Of a stretch of DNA of 64,000 nt, positions 39,145 to 53,500 are shown piece after piece; the first letter of the stretch is position 1, and each line of letters begins with the position of its first letter. The stretch spans positions 248,001 through 312,000 of the forward strand of contig JAWMAR010000201.1 in the NCBI GenBank assembly GCA_036785375.1. Direction: 5' to 3'. This stretch comes from Leucoraja ocellata (Eukaryota). The translations under genes were made by a program, and so were the position numbers. The notes below the pieces were generated by a model. It saw only the letters and a list, made by a program, of their open reading frames with translations, was not told the origin of the DNA and did not search any database.

Positions 39145-39620
39145 ATAGAAACATAGAAAATAGGTGCAGGAGTAGGCCATTCGGCCATTCGAGCCTGCAT
39201 CGCCATTCAATATGATCATGTCTGATCATCCAACTCGGTATCCTGTACCTGCCTTCTCTCCATACCCCATGATCACTTTAGCCACAAGGGCCACATCTAA
39301 CTCCCTCTTAAATATAGTCAATGAACTGGCCTCAACTACCTTCTGCGGGAGAGAATTCCAGAGATTCACCACTCTCTGTGTGAAAAATGTTTTCCTCATC
39401 TCGGTTCTAAAAGGTTTCCCCCTTATCCTTAAACTGTGACCCCTTGTTCTGGACTTCCCCAACATCGGGAACAATCTTCCTGCATCTAGCCTGTCCAACC
39501 CCTTAAGAACTTTGTATGTTTCTATAAGATCCCCCCTCAATCTTCTAAATTCTAGCGAGTACAAACCTAGTCTATCCACTCTTTCTTCATATGAAATTCC
39601 TGACATCCCAGGGATAATCT
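39145..39620 (-). mobile_element. CR1 LINE 3' fragment just upstream of gene B
   Basis: LGLYSLEFRRLRGDLIETYK...VVNLWNSLP. Confidence 0.9.
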
Positions 39621-39829
39621 CACCTTCCGTACCAACATTCTGATGTTTGCTTTATCATTATGTTTTATCGGTGGCTCTCTCAGTCTCATGGACCCTATTT
39701 TTATGACGCTCTACATATGTGACTCTCTCTACATCATTGCATGTAACTCTCTATACACACATCCACACACAGTCCTAGTCTCTCTCCCCGTTTCTTTTTT
39801 ACTTCCAATCTCTCTTTTTTTTTTCCTTT

Positions 39830-40330
39830 TCAAAAACCTTTATTCAACACAATCGTATGATACAACACATCAAAACATAATCAGAAATTACACTATAACA
39901 AATAATCATTATAGTATAACAGTGCATTCATTGTTTACAATACTCTCAACCCCACGTGGTGATCAGTGCCCACGGAAGGCCTCAAAGGTCCCCGTGGACA
40001 CCGTGTGTTCCCTCTCCAGGGACACACGTGCACGGACGTAGGCCCTTAAAGAGGGGCAGGCAGCCGACTCTAGCCTGACCATTGACCGCCCACTGCTTGG
40101 CCCCGTGAATGGCCATCTTGGCCAGGCCAGGAGCAAACCGTCAGGGAAATCCCACCCCCATCGGCTCTCTTCACTCCGTGCCCTATGTCCAAACACTGAA
40201 ATCTTGGGACTAAAATGCACCCAGAACTTGAGGAACAACCCCTTCAGATATTGGTAGAGGGGCAGTAACCTCTCATGCACACATGGAACACGGTCTCCTT
40301 CTCACCGCAGAAAATACATGCGGCGGGCAA
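39830..40330 (-). mobile_element. Tx1-clade LINE 3' fragment (related fragments at 16390-16670 and 47930-48660)
   Basis: ETVFH...RLLPLYQYLKGL...YVRARVSLEREH C-terminal motifs. Confidence 0.6.
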
Positions 40331-40573
40331 GCTCGTGAACCAACTCAAATTACATGCCACCACCTGTACGGGCCCCGCACAGCAGCAACAGTGGCGATGG
40401 CGGCTCCACTTCCTTCTGCACCATGCCCACCCTCATACCTCAAACCCTCCTGAATGCCGAGGCTGGGAGGAGGGAAAGAAGGGGGAGGCCCCCTTCCGCC
40501 GTCTGAAGCACCTGCACCGCTCGGCCCCGCACCTTTCTGTTTGCTGGCGAGGAGGGGAGGCTGTGGCGAGGAG

Positions 40574-40689
40574 GTCCCAACTGCCCCCCCTTTTGGTGGT
40601 GGGCAGGGACGGGCTGCGGGGCGATGATGCCAGTGTTGTCCGAGGAGCGTTGACCTTCCTTCCTCCTCACCACCTCCTCTGCCCCATCC

Positions 40690-40734
<45 letters not shown>

Positions 40735-41523
40735 ACCCCCTCCCCCTTTATCTTGGGACCCATCCTCACCACCCCGTACTGATCCTAATTCCCCATCTAT
40801 TCAGCTTCACTGCCATCCCCTGTGCTCCCCTTCCCATCTACCCCCCCCCCCCATCTATTCATCCTGCACTGATCTCCCTATCCACCTCGCATTGGTTCTC
40901 CTGCCACCCCCCCCCCCCCCCCATTCATCCATCCTCCACTGGTCCCCCAATTCATCCTGTACTGACCCCCTTCCCATCCATCCTGCATTGTCGTCCCCCA
41001 TTCATCCTGCACATATCCCCCATTCATCCTGCACAGACCCCTGATCCACACTGAACTGACCCACTCCCATTCATCATGTACTGAGCCCCCCATTCTGCAC
41101 TCGTCTTAATGCACATTCACTATGACTTTGCCCATGATATGGACAAAGTGGTGAGTAGGTTTGCACAGTTACATTCTCGGAAAACGGAACTATTTCATGT
41201 TAAGTTGATGTGATGTGAAGTTGTTAGGTCAGGAGGACCATTAAAGGTGCACTGCACACACCAACACAGTCTAACAGTAACAGGCAATCAAATCAACACA
41301 CAAGACATTTTCTAAAAAAAGTTTTTCTTTAAATTTAGTGCAAAAAGCTCCAAAATAAAGCTCAGAATGCACCACAGAGCATCTAAAACCTCTTAAGCGG
41401 GCCCTGGAACTGGGACGTGAGGGGCTTCCCGCTTGTGATGTGCGCTGCGTGCACATTATTTCACATAACATTTTTGGAATCCTGTCATGCCACCCCCTTT
41501 TTGGAAAACTTTGTACGGGCCTG
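40574..41523 (+). mobile_element. Shorter copy of the same hAT-derived family, without the FAM110 or fold-back cargo
   Basis: Shares the C-rich 5' segment, the hATC remnant (41095-41190) and the GTACGGGCCTG end with 2602-6815. Confidence 0.7.
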
Positions 41524-44500
41524 CGGGAGTGGGTTGCGAATTATGGAATAGCCACTCCCGCGAAATGCATCCATTAATCCCGCAGTCTCGGGCTCCGTTT
41601 GGCCGCTGCGCTGATTGGGGACCATGGAAAGTGTGGCGCCCTGGCTTCGCTGTGTGAGAGCCATTGGCGGCCATGGTGATGTGGGACGGGACTGGTCAAT
41701 TGGCCGAGGTCCGGCAGAACCACCGTGAGATGGGCGGGGGAATCTTTGATCCTTGCTAACCTATGATCTTTGAACAGGAGGAAGAAATGGTGTCTGTTGA
41801 TGAGCTGTGGGGCCTGGACCTCACCGCGGGCCACGGAGATCACTGTTCGGTCAGCGTCTAACCGCTAGCAAGGTTAACCAAGATCATCTGTCTCGTTCTG
41901 CTCCCAATTAGGTAGTTACTGACAATATCCGCAAGTAATGTCTGCAGGTACTATCGCAAAGTTTAAGAAACAGTTAGACAGATACATGGATAGGATAGGT
42001 TTGGAGAGATGTGGGCCGAATGCAGGCAGGTGGGACTAGAGTAGATGGGGCATGTTGGTCGGTGTGGGAAAGTTGGGCTGAAGGGCCTGTTCCCACGATG
42101 TATTACCCTTATACAATGTGTGGGTATGGGCCACTCGGTATGGGCCACATCTTTCTCCATTTTAATTAAACTCGATGGCAGAGCCTCTACCGCCTCGGGG
42201 AAAGAGAATCAAATTAATCGTGGAGGGAGAAATTTCTTCTCTTCCGCTGAAGTTATAAATGACTGTCCCCTCATGCTCAAACTATACCTCCAGGTCTAGA
42301 TTTCCCAACTGGGAGAAGCATCCTGAGAGAGAATACAGTCCCAATCTATTATGGAGTTAGTTAAGGAAAATGGGACTGTTAAAATATCAGATGTGTTCCG
42401 AATTTGTGAATTACAATTCCTCTAACAGGGTGACCAAAACTGAACACAGTACTTTAAATGCAGCCTCACCAATGCCTGTACAACTGTAACATCACAATAT
42501 CCTAACTAATGAAGGCCAATGTACCAAAAGCCCACTATCTACCTGTGACACGAGTTGCAAGGAACTATATTCCTGCACTCCTTGATACTGCTCCACAACA
42601 ATCCCCAAGGCCTTGCCATTCACTGTGTAGATCATGCCCTGGTATGACTTTCCAAATTGCAACATCTACACGTATCTGCATTAAACTACATTAACAATTC
42701 TTCAATCCACTTGCCCAACTGATCAAAGTGCCTGCTGTTATTTTTGATAATCATCTTTGCAATGTACAATACCACCCCATCTGCAAACCTATTAATCACT
42801 CCTTGAACATTCTCATCCGTTGATATAAAGCTATAAACCGCAATGGGCCCAGCACTGATCCTTGAGCCTGTGCCTCACTAGCCACAGGCCTCCAGTTGAA
42901 AAACAGCCTTCTACATCACCCTCTCCATCCTTCCATCAATCAAAATCACTTTCCAGACAGCTGTCTCTCCCTAGATCCCATGTGATCTAATCTTCCAGAA
43001 CAGCCTACCATGTTGATTTTTATCAAAGGCCTTGTGGTAGTCCATCTAGGCGACATCTATGGCTTTCAGCTTGTCAACCTTTTAGGTTAGTTCTTCAAAA
43101 AATGTAATCCGAGTCAAAAGCCATAATCTCCCACATGCAGAACATCCCTCATCAGCTGCTGTCTACTTTAATGCATATATCTCTTACCCCTTAGCATCCT
43201 CTCCGGTAACTTGGCCACCACAGATATTATCCTCACTACTCTATAGTTCCCAGGCTTTTAAGATGCAGCCCTTCTTAAATAGAGGCACAACATTAGCCAC
43301 CCTCCTGTCGTCCAGCATCTCAACCATGTCTAATGATGATTCGTATATCTCAGCCAAGGCTCCTGCAGTATCCTTTGCTTCCCAGTGTTCTCAGATATCT
43401 GTTCAGGCTGGGGAGATTTATCTACCTTCATGAGCATTAGGATATCCATCACCTACTCAACCGTAATAAGGACTGTGCTCAAGACATTTACATTTCATGA
43501 AGTTCCCCAGCCTTCATGTCCTCTCCATGGTAAAAACCAGTGGAAAAATAATCAGAGGACTTTGCGCATCTCCTGTGTCTCCACACAGACATGACAGCAT
43601 TAGTTTCTGAGGTGCCTTATTATTTCTCTAGTTACCCATTTACTTAAACAATCTCTGGATTTTCCTTACTATTGTCTGCCAGAGCTATCACTTGCCCAAT
43701 TTTTGATTTAAGTATGGTTCCGAAACTGCTCTGGAGATAGTTGCTCCCATCTACCTGTATGGGACCATGCCTCTTTTCTCTTGACCAGAGCTTCAATTTC
43801 TTTTATCATCCAGGCTTCCTTACTCACACTTGGCTTGCCATTCACTCTAACAGGAACATGCATGCCTGAACTTTTGTCATCACATGCTTAAAAGTATCCC
43901 TCTTTCTGGATGATCCTTTGCCCACAAACAACCTGCTCCAATCAACTTGAGCAAGTTCCTGTCTAATACTAAAGTTGGGCTTGTCCCAATTCAGAATTTC
44001 AACGTGGGCCTTCCCGGTCTTTATTCATAACATTTCAGTTACTTGCTCTTTCCAATTTCGTACAGGTAGAATAAGCTTTGCCCTCACCCCTGTAGGGCCC
44101 TCTACATCTTGCCTAAGAAAACTTTCCTGAACACATTTGACAAACTCCACCCTGTCTAAACTCTCGGCACTATGACAGTCCTAGTCCATATTGGGAAAGT
44201 TAAAACCTCCCATTATGACAACCCTATTAGTCTTACAGCTGCTTGAAATGTCCTGGCATATTTGTTCTTCTGATTCCCTTTGCCTATTTTCGGGCCTGTA
44301 GTACACTGCTAACAAGATGGTCATCCTCTCCCCCCCCTCAATTTGATCCATATAGCTTAACTGAACAAGCCATCAGTTATGTCATATTGGGCTCTTTAAT
44401 CAATACTCCCTTTCCTCGTGGTCACCCTTGTACTTCTTTCCTGTACCTTGGCAGTGATCACATCGCTATAACTCCTGTTTATGATGCTCACATTCACTCG

Positions 44501-44620
44501 ATGATCTTGAGGTTGTCCAGCCTCAGTTCCAGTTCCCTAGCGTGGTCTGGAAGGAGCTGCTCTTGGACACATTTCCCACAGGTATAGTCATCAGAGATAC
44601 CAGCAGTATCCCTGACCCAA

Positions 44621-45637
44621 TGTAGGGGTTTTGCGGTTCCCTTTATTTCCCTTCAGGCCCAACTGCCCGAGTCATTCTCTCCCTTGTCGGGGGGGGGTCA
44701 AACGGCCACCACTCCACTCGAGCGGTTTCCAAGAGAGAGAATACAACAAAAGGGATTCCCCTAGGTTCTAGACCTCGGAATTATGGTGGGATATGATAAA
44801 AGGTTGAATTGACCAGAGTGTGCCGATGAGAGAAAACAGTAACCAAGATGGACTCAAAGCAAGTCTAAAATTTACAGGCTTTATTGAACAATGAGAAATC
44901 GAATCTCACCAACACTACATAATACGTGGCTAAACTTATGCTTTAAACTAAGACTATGGACGGAAAACTATCGGGCACATCGTAAAACTTACTTTACACA
45001 ATTTTACCCCCTTATATTTTCTTAACCTCTATACTATTTCGGGAATTTCACCAGGTCACTGGGGTACTTACAGTTGGGCTCACGAGCTGTCCAGCAGAGC
45101 AGAAAGAGAGTTATAGTTGGGCTCACGAGCCATCCAGCAGGGCAGGAAAAAGAGTGAGTTCTGTTTGTTTTTATACCTGAGCTTACTTTGAAACCCCCAG
45201 GTGGTCCTCTGGATGAAAAGGGTTCTTTTGATGATACCCAGTTTCGATCTGGCATGAACAATAGGCTTCCGATGATAAGGAGCTTGCTGATGTCATGATC
45301 CCTCAGCCTGATCGTTATCCCATCGCCTGGACGGGCTCCTATTGTCTCGATGGATGGGTCATCCAAGATGGTGATTGAGCTTGCAGCTGGCCTGTTTACC
45401 ACCGTCTGCTGAGGCTTGGTTCCTTCCTTTGTGTATCCAAGATAATCTCGTTATCTCCGTCTCAGCCTTTCCTCCCCACACCATTCGCCCAGTTGTTTGA
45501 TGCGCAAGTCCACATGCCAGACAGGTTTGTGGATTGGGGGTTTTTCCGTTGCAGCCAGCAAATTTGTCTTTTTAAAACGTTCATGTCCTTATCCGAGTTC
45601 TTCCATGATTTTGGAGGATTTGCCCCAATAAATTACA
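44621..45637 (-). mobile_element. Solo LTR inserted in an old CR1
   Basis: TGTA...TACA ends, imperfect 4-bp TSD (CCAA/CTAA), minus-strand TATAAAA at 45175-45169 and AATAAA at 44885-44880; CR1 sequence resumes on both sides. Confidence 0.6.
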
Positions 45638-45819
45638 CTAACATTTTGCAGGAAGAACATTTCACCATTCTACCTGCCATCTCTACTCCACAAAAACTAA
45701 TAGGGAAAAAACACAATCATCACACAAAGAAACAGAAACTACCTTTACCTTCTTTCAGCCTTAGCAAAGCCTCCTGGGCCAAAGCAACACACTTCACCTC
45801 AACAGTGCTTTACCTCAGT

Positions 45820-46045
45820 ATGATGGCGCAGTGCTAGAGTTGCTGCCTTACAGCCCTTACGACACTGGAGATCCGTTTTCGTTCCCAACTACGGGTGCTG
45901 TCTGTACAGAGTTTGTACGTTCTCCCCGTGACCGCGTGGGTTTTCACCAATATCTTCCGTTTCCTCCCACACTCCAAAGACGTACATGTTTGTCGGTTAA
46001 TTGGTTTGGTGTAAGTGTTAATTATCCTTAGTGTGTGTAGAAAAA
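45820..46045 (+). mobile_element. HE1/V-SINE-type tRNA-derived SINE (others at 48820-49104 minus, 49676-49925 plus, 25000-25120 plus)
   Basis: A/B-box-like 5' end and the core GTTTGTACGTTCTCCCCGTGACCGCGTGGGTTTTC. Confidence 0.7.
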
Positions 46046-46049
46046 AAAA

Positions 46050-46810
46050 AAAAAAGGACATACATGGTAAATGGTAGGGAATTGAAGAATACAGTTGAAC
46101 AGAGGGATCTGGGAATAACCGTGCATAGTTCCTTGAAGGTGGAATCTCATATAGATAGGGTGGTAAAGAAAGCTTTTGGTATGCTAGCCTTTATAAATCA
46201 GAGCATTGAGTATAGAAGCTGGCATGTAATGTTAAAATTGTACAAGGCATTGGTGAGACCAAATCTGGAGTATGGTGTACAATTTTGGTCGCCCAATTAT
46301 AGGAAGGATGTCAACAAAATAGAGAGCGTATAGAGGAGATTTACTAGAATGTTGCCTGGGTTTCAACAACTAAGTTACAGAGATAGGTTGAATAAGTTAG
46401 GTCTTTATTCTCTGGAGCGCAGAAGGTTAAGGGGGACTTGATAGAGGTCTTTAAAATTATGAGAGGGATAAACAGAGTTGATGTGGACAAGCTTTTCCCT
46501 TTGAGAATAGAGAAGATTCAAACAAGAGGCCATGACTTCAGAATTAAGGGACAGAAGTTTAGGGGTAACATGAGGGGGAACTTCTTTACTCAGAGAGTGG
46601 TAGCGGTGTGGAATGAGCTTCCAGTGGAAGTGGTGGTGGCAGGTTCGTTGGTATCATTTAAAAATAAATTGGATAGGCATATGGATGAGAAGAGAATGGA
46701 GGGTTATGGTATGAGTGCAGGCAGGTGGGACAAAGGGAAAAAAGTTGTTCGGCACGGACTTGTAGGGCCGAGATGGCCTGTTTCCGTGCTGTAATTGTTA
46801 TATGGTTAAT
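46050..46810 (+). mobile_element. CR1 LINE 3' fragment nested in an HE1-type SINE
   Basis: LYKALVRPNLEYGVQFWSP; SINE sequence on both sides. Confidence 0.85.
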
Positions 46811-49800
46811 AGAGTTAATGTGCGGGGATCGCTGGTCGGTGCAGACTTGGTGAGCCAAACACTCCGTGTTGTATCTCTAATACTCTAAAAACTAAAACAA
46901 CTTCACTGTCAATGGGCCATTTTGCTACATTTAATCTTCCTTTCATTGGCTGCTCAATATGGCAATTTATTGGCCACTCATTTCTCCAATCCAATGGCTA
47001 GCTTTGGAAATCCACTATTGCTCAGGCATTGAAATACAGTCACTTGTCCAATCCAATACTTTTGCATCCAACATCTATCTTTTGAAGAGATTAAAGGAGG
47101 TGTATGTGAATATCTATTTCACCTGTATGGACTACGAGTCCTTGATGGATGAGAGGGAGCAGGTTCAGGGACAGGTGTTAAAGGCGAGGCCATTGCAAAG
47201 ACAATAAACAAATATATAAATAAAAAGACGTTTTTTGGAAAATATATTATTCGACTGAAAAATTTCCAAGGCATTCCATTAAACAAACTGCAAACTATGA
47301 ACGTTTTAAAAAAAAAATACATGCAATGAATCTAAAGCAAAAATGGAGCAAAAAAATCAGCAGGTCAGACAGCAAATGAAAACGGTTAACGGTTCAGGCC
47401 ATATGACATCTGAACTGTGAAAAATACCAAAATGTTTGTTTTAATTTGCAAAGGAAGTGGGAGAGTGATGGCTTGACCAGTGAATCTCTGATAGGATGAA
47501 GCCATGGTTACCATGGTAATTAAGAAGTTAAAAAATAACAAAGAAAAGTGGAAGTAGCAGGTCAGTGTGTGCTAATGGAGAGGCGACCAAAACCTGAGCA
47601 AATGTCACAAACAAATGATTTCCAGCAAAAACACATCACTTCTGATAACTCTGCCTGCATCAGAAGATCATGAATTCATTATTGGGTCAGAAGGCTGTAT
47701 CATTGCCGCACCACCTGTCCTTGGTTGAAAAGTTCTTAAAGCCTCAAACATTTGACCACAATGTAGAAACAACGAACGACAGATGTGGATGTATATCAAA
47801 GATAGACACAAAGTGCTGGAATATCTCAGAGGGACCTGACCATCACCCATCCTTTTTCTCCAGAGATGCTGCCTGACCCGCTGAACTACTCCAGCACTTT
47901 GTGTCTATGTACCTTTGACTATAAGTCCATTGGGTAGTGGTCAGCATGGAACATTCTGAAAGTATACAAGACAAGGTTTTGATGGATCCTGTGGCATGGT
48001 ATCCTGAGCAGATTATTTTGTCGTGTATTTGCCAAAATGCCTCATCGCCAAAACCCACCAACATACACCAAGACCTCACAAGGCTCGCGATAAGAGACCC
48101 TCCCTGTAAAATCCTTGTACTGTCGGAATCTGACACGCTGCCCTCTCGACAGCTGCTACAGACACTGAAAAAGGGCCTTGACGCAAAATATCATATATCC
48201 GCATTCTCCAGGGATGCTGCCTGACCCGCTGAGTTACTCCAGCACTTTGTGGACTTTTTTTGTATTAACCAGCATCTGCATTTCTTATTTCCACAGAGAG
48301 GAGACTGTTGCCCACCTCTTCACTGAGTGTGCATTTGCAAAGACGGTTTGGAGAATGATGCAAGGGTCCAACCTGAGCAGCTCCATAACTGAGCACTATC
48401 TGAAAGATGGGCTGTTCCCATGCCACATTCGGAGATGGACATCAAATGCTGCTGGGCGATCATCAACTCTGAAAGATGATGTTTGGTCTGCCTGAAACCT
48501 GACCTCCTAGTACAGCAAGATGTCCATGTTGAAGGACTCGCTGATGTTTGGTGCAGCCAACACCAAGGCTCTGTGGGGGAGGATCATATTCTCGGGTCCT
48601 TCAGCTGCTGGATACTGAGGGATGGAGTCTGGTGGGGACACCCCTCAAACGTGGGGCTTAAAACAGCTCAGAATTCGTCAGCACCTCTGCTTCTCTATCT
48701 TCTGCTGGGACACCCGTGGTTGACTCTCCAGAAATGTTTCTACCCACATGGCCTCATTTGAAGAGCCTTCTTGGATTTCCTTCCTCTTTTCTGAAGCAAT
48801 GGATTATTTTTGGCTTTACTTGAGAGATACAGCACAGAAACAGTCCTTTCGGCTCAATGGGTCCGCACCGACCATTAACACTACCCTACATACCAGGGAC
48901 AATCTTACAATTTTACTGAAGCCAATTAATCAACAAGCCTATACCTCTTTGAAGTGTGGGAGGAAACCGGATACCCAGAGAAAACCCACTCGGATACAGG
49001 GAAAACGTACAAACTCCGTACAAATAGCATCTATAGTCAGGATCAAACCCGGGTCTCTGGCGATGTAAGGCAGCAACTCTACTGTGGTGCCACTGTGCCA
49101 CCATGAATCAATATTAATAATAATAATAATACATTTTAGTTATGGGCGCCTTTCAAGAGTCTCAAGGACATCTTACAAAAATTTAGCAGGTAGAGGAAAA
49201 ACATGTAAGGGGAATGAAATAAATAGTAGAGACATGACTAGTACACAAATTTAAGACAGAATTCAATTCAAAACACAATATGAGGCAATTAATATTGCAC
49301 TGTCACTTCCTTTTTAAAATCGTCCTTTCCCATCATGCATGGTGTTTAGACATTTCTACGAAAAGGAAAGCTGTCCCCAGAGAAGGGGAAGTGAAATGTT
49401 CCCCATGTTGGCGGAGACTAGAACCAGGGGTCACAGTTTAAGAATAAGTGGTAGGTCATTTAGGACTGAGATGAGGAAAAACTTTTTCATCCAAAGAGTT
49501 GTGAATTTGATGAATTCTCTGCCACAGAAGGCAGAGTTAGATATAGCTCTTAGTGTTAATGGAATCAAGATATATGGGGAGAAGCAGGAACAGGTTACTG
49601 ATTCTGGATGATCCGCCATGATCATATTGAATAGCGGTGGTAGCTCGAAGGGCAGAATGGCTGACTCCTGCACCGACGGGTGCTTATCTGTACGGAGTTT
49701 GTACGTTCCCCCTGTGACCTGCATGGGTTTTCTCTAAGAACCTCAGATTCCACCCTCACTCCAAAATCATAACCGGTTTGTAGGTTACTTGGCTTGGTAT

Positions 49801-50535
49801 AAATGTTAAAATTGTCCCTAGTGTAGGATGGTGTAGGATGGTGTTAATGTGCGGGGATTGTTGGTCGGTGCAGACTCGGCGGGCCGAAGCGCCTGTTTTC
49901 GTGTTGTATCTCTAAACTAAACTATTTTCTATGTTTCTATAATGGCACACTCAGGATACACATGCTTCATTCCCTAGGAATAAGTGTGAGGAAGGGCACC
50001 GACCTACCCTGACATATCCTCTCTCATCAGACAGTCCGTAAATGTGAGGACTTAATAAAATATGGATGTTTCAATGGAGTGACAGAGCTTTACTCTGTCT
50101 CAAAGCAGTTCCTACTCAGCTGGTAAGGGGGCCTCACCTGATCGCATTCCCATTGCTCTGCTTTACTCGTCATGTTGATGCACACAGCACGAACCCTTCA
50201 TTGGCGAAAGATCAGCTAATGTCTTTCAGATGGTCAGCCAAGTTCAACATACTTTTTGTCATGCTATATTTTTAATCATTTGCATTTTAGCTATATTAAC
50301 TTTAAAAATTAATCATTACACTTCAAATGTTGACTATCGTGGCTCAGCAATCGAGAGTGGAGGTTGTTCCTCAGGTTTGACGTTCTGAGGACTAGTTGGC
50401 AATTATGCAGGCCTACTTATAGGCTGGTTACAGCTACAATGTTTCAAAGTGGAAAGCAAGTTAGGCACAGCCGTGGTGTCATAGATAAGAGTACAAGCCC
50501 AACACCAGACTCATGAAACTCCTGAAACGGACACT

Positions 50536-53500
50536 TAGGCTGTGGGCCGAGGAGCTTTATTCTACAGTTTCATGAGCCAAGTCACCAAACTACATGAAAT
50601 TTTCACATATTATGTAAAATAAATTATATAAATCACCCCTGAAACTCGTCATGAAGAAGACTTGCACATTTTTTATTAAATTAGAGAAAAAACGGAAACA
50701 TTTCGGGTCATTTTGAGTCCAATCAAAGCACGTTTAACATTGAGTTGTTTGCCAGTTGGCCAATCACACGCTTTGCTTCAGGCTAGCACACAACATAGCT
50801 GAGGCTGCCCCAGCAGATGCCTGTTTTACTGGAGATTCCGATTTGTTGTTCTGTGGAATAAATGTTGTGGAAACTTGCCGCAGGGTAATTGAATTTAGTG
50901 AGAAAAGCATTAAAAAGGCTGAAGAATGTGCTGTTAAGTAGATTGAAGTAGAAGAAAGCCTTGAAAGCAAAGTCGCTGCTGAGGTGCAGGAACACAAGAA
51001 GACAGCCAGGAATCAACTCTAACTGCAAGGTAAGATCTAAAGTCTGAATTTATGAAAATCTATCTTTTATAATGTGAATACATCCATTCATTCATTAAAT
51101 TGAGGGCCTAAACTATATGTTTCCATAACACAGTCAATAAACATTGTCACCAATGCCAGCTTGTTGTAGAGTAATGAGTCTTTAACAGCTAATCTCGGAG
51201 CTGCCTGCGATAACTTACCGGGAAAAAGTGCTCCGATCGCGGGGCCTAGGTACCCGCGGTATAGTGAAGCCGCGGTCTCAATTAAGAAGCGGCCGATTCG
51301 CGAACGCGGAGCCGCAGATCATCTCCGCAGGCGGGCGGGCGAGGGGGGGGCGGGGCTGTAGATGGTGCCGTCTGTAGCTGCCGTTTTCAGGCCCAGACAA
51401 CGGGAGAAAAACGGAGGGATATCGATCGCTATTTATAGGCTTCCATTGCAGTGAGAATGGTCAGAAATGGTTGATTTTTCTGTAGAAATGAATTGGTGAT
51501 ATGTGAACTAGTTTTTCTATGGTAGTAACCTATTGTTATTCTCATTAACATTAAGAAGAGGTTTAAATTTTATGAATTGAAGTCCATGCAGACTTAATGA
51601 CTGAGATTTTTTTTTTCTGTAGCCTCTACTGAAACTTAAAATAACTTATCAACTGTAGTAAATTACAGTGTAAGCCTCATTGACTTTAAATAGAGGTCGA
51701 CACTTTATGAATTGAAGTCCATGCAGACCCAAGTACTATGAGATGTTTCTTTCTCTAGCTATTCTGCACCCTCTGCTCCTGCACTTGAACTTGAAGTCCT
51801 AGCTATAGCTGTAAATTACAGTGTCAGTCTCATTGACATTAAGAAGAGATTGACATTTTATGAATCAAAGTCCATGCAGACCTAAGTAATATGAGATTTT
51901 TTTTTCCTGCAGCTTCTGCCCCTCCACTCTTCAGAGCCTGTCCACAAAAAAGTGTTTTGTGTGGACATTCACTGTGCTTTAATGAACACTAATTTGATAA
52001 TTTGCAGACTTGCCATCCCACCTACCTGGACATGCATACATGTTTAATTTCCTCATTGATATGTCGATATTGTCTTACATAATATAAAACATGAAAAGAT
52101 GTAAAATACACCCTGACACATATTATCTTCTATTATTAGGAGGCAGCAGTGTATCCCAGGTTATCATGCAGAGTGCTTCTGCAACATAACAATAAATCGA
52201 GCAATAGCAAAGTCTAGAAGGAAGAAAGGTAATGATAGGACTCAAACAACAAATCTTTTTACTTATGGTCATATGATGTTAATTTGAAAAATGAAAAGAT
52301 ATATTTGAGGATGTTGATTTAATTTACTTTTCATTCCTTTTCTGTTTTCTTTTTCCTCTTTCAATTGAGTTCAAGACGTTGAAAAGCCTGAAGCAGGTGA
52401 ATTACCTCAAGAGGCAGTTCCTGATGGTGAAGCAGATGAGCCGGCCCCAAAGAGACTGCTTCGATCCATGACAAGTCATAGTCAACAAACAGCAACTGTC
52501 GAGCACACTGGCTGTAGGCATGTCCTACCAGCGCATTGCATCATTTGTAAATGTTCAAAGTACACAAAATAAATTAATTGTGGAAAAAAATTATTATATA
52601 AAGTTTTATTTTAATATGGATCGTTTCACTGTTTATTTGGTCAAATTATTTAAACAATGAGTGAATTACTTATAATAATGGCGTGGCGGTGAATGACTGC
52701 GACAATCCACCCACCGATCCACACATGCATACATGCGCACACTTCCATGCATGCAAACACATACATGCACACATAAATCCGCACACAGACATACATGTAC
52801 ACATCCAAACATACATGCACACATATATCCATCCACACGTACATACAGCCACAGATACATGTTTGAAAGGCACACACAGACACACAAACAAACTACAGAT
52901 AAACAATGCAACACTTTCAGGGTTCTTTTAGGTTTAAGGTAATAGCCCTCATTTGCAAAGGCACCATCGGGGAGGGGGGGGGGGGGGGGGGGGCTATAAC
53001 ATGAATATAAGCTCATTGTAGCTTAAAATGAATATTCATTGAGTAAACAGAGCATTCGATTCTTGGCCAGGATGTGACATTTACATCAGAAATAAGACAG
53101 GTCTCTTACAGGTCTGGCACTGCCCCAGTCCCACTATGGCCGTCACCCCCACTCTCCCCACTTTGGCAGTCAGCGGGGTTCAGTAAATGGGGAAACCTAG
53201 AGGATCTGTCCTGATCCTTTAATTAGGCAGGTTCATGAGCCCTTATTACCTGGGATATCTGCTGCAGTCTCATTTAATTTCCTATGAAAGCGACTGAAAC
53301 ATGCAAGCCTGGCACTGCCCCGGTCCCACTATGGCCGTCACCCCCACTCTGCACACTGGCAGTCAGTGGGGTTCAGTAAAGGAAGGAACCCTCAAGAACT
53401 GCCCTAACCCATTAATTAGGCTGGTTCAGGAGCAGGACCTCTGCGACAGTGTCATTAAAAAAACACACTCAAAATTATATTCATCATATTATTTTTATTT

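Noticed and set aside
52666-53016. Cys/Val/Met-rich ORFs
   Set aside because: Degenerate (CA)n/(TG)n microsatellite.
53110-53490. L1 3' transduction as the origin of the intron copies
   Set aside because: No second poly(A) tail or TSD is visible at the distal end; not supported, though not excluded.
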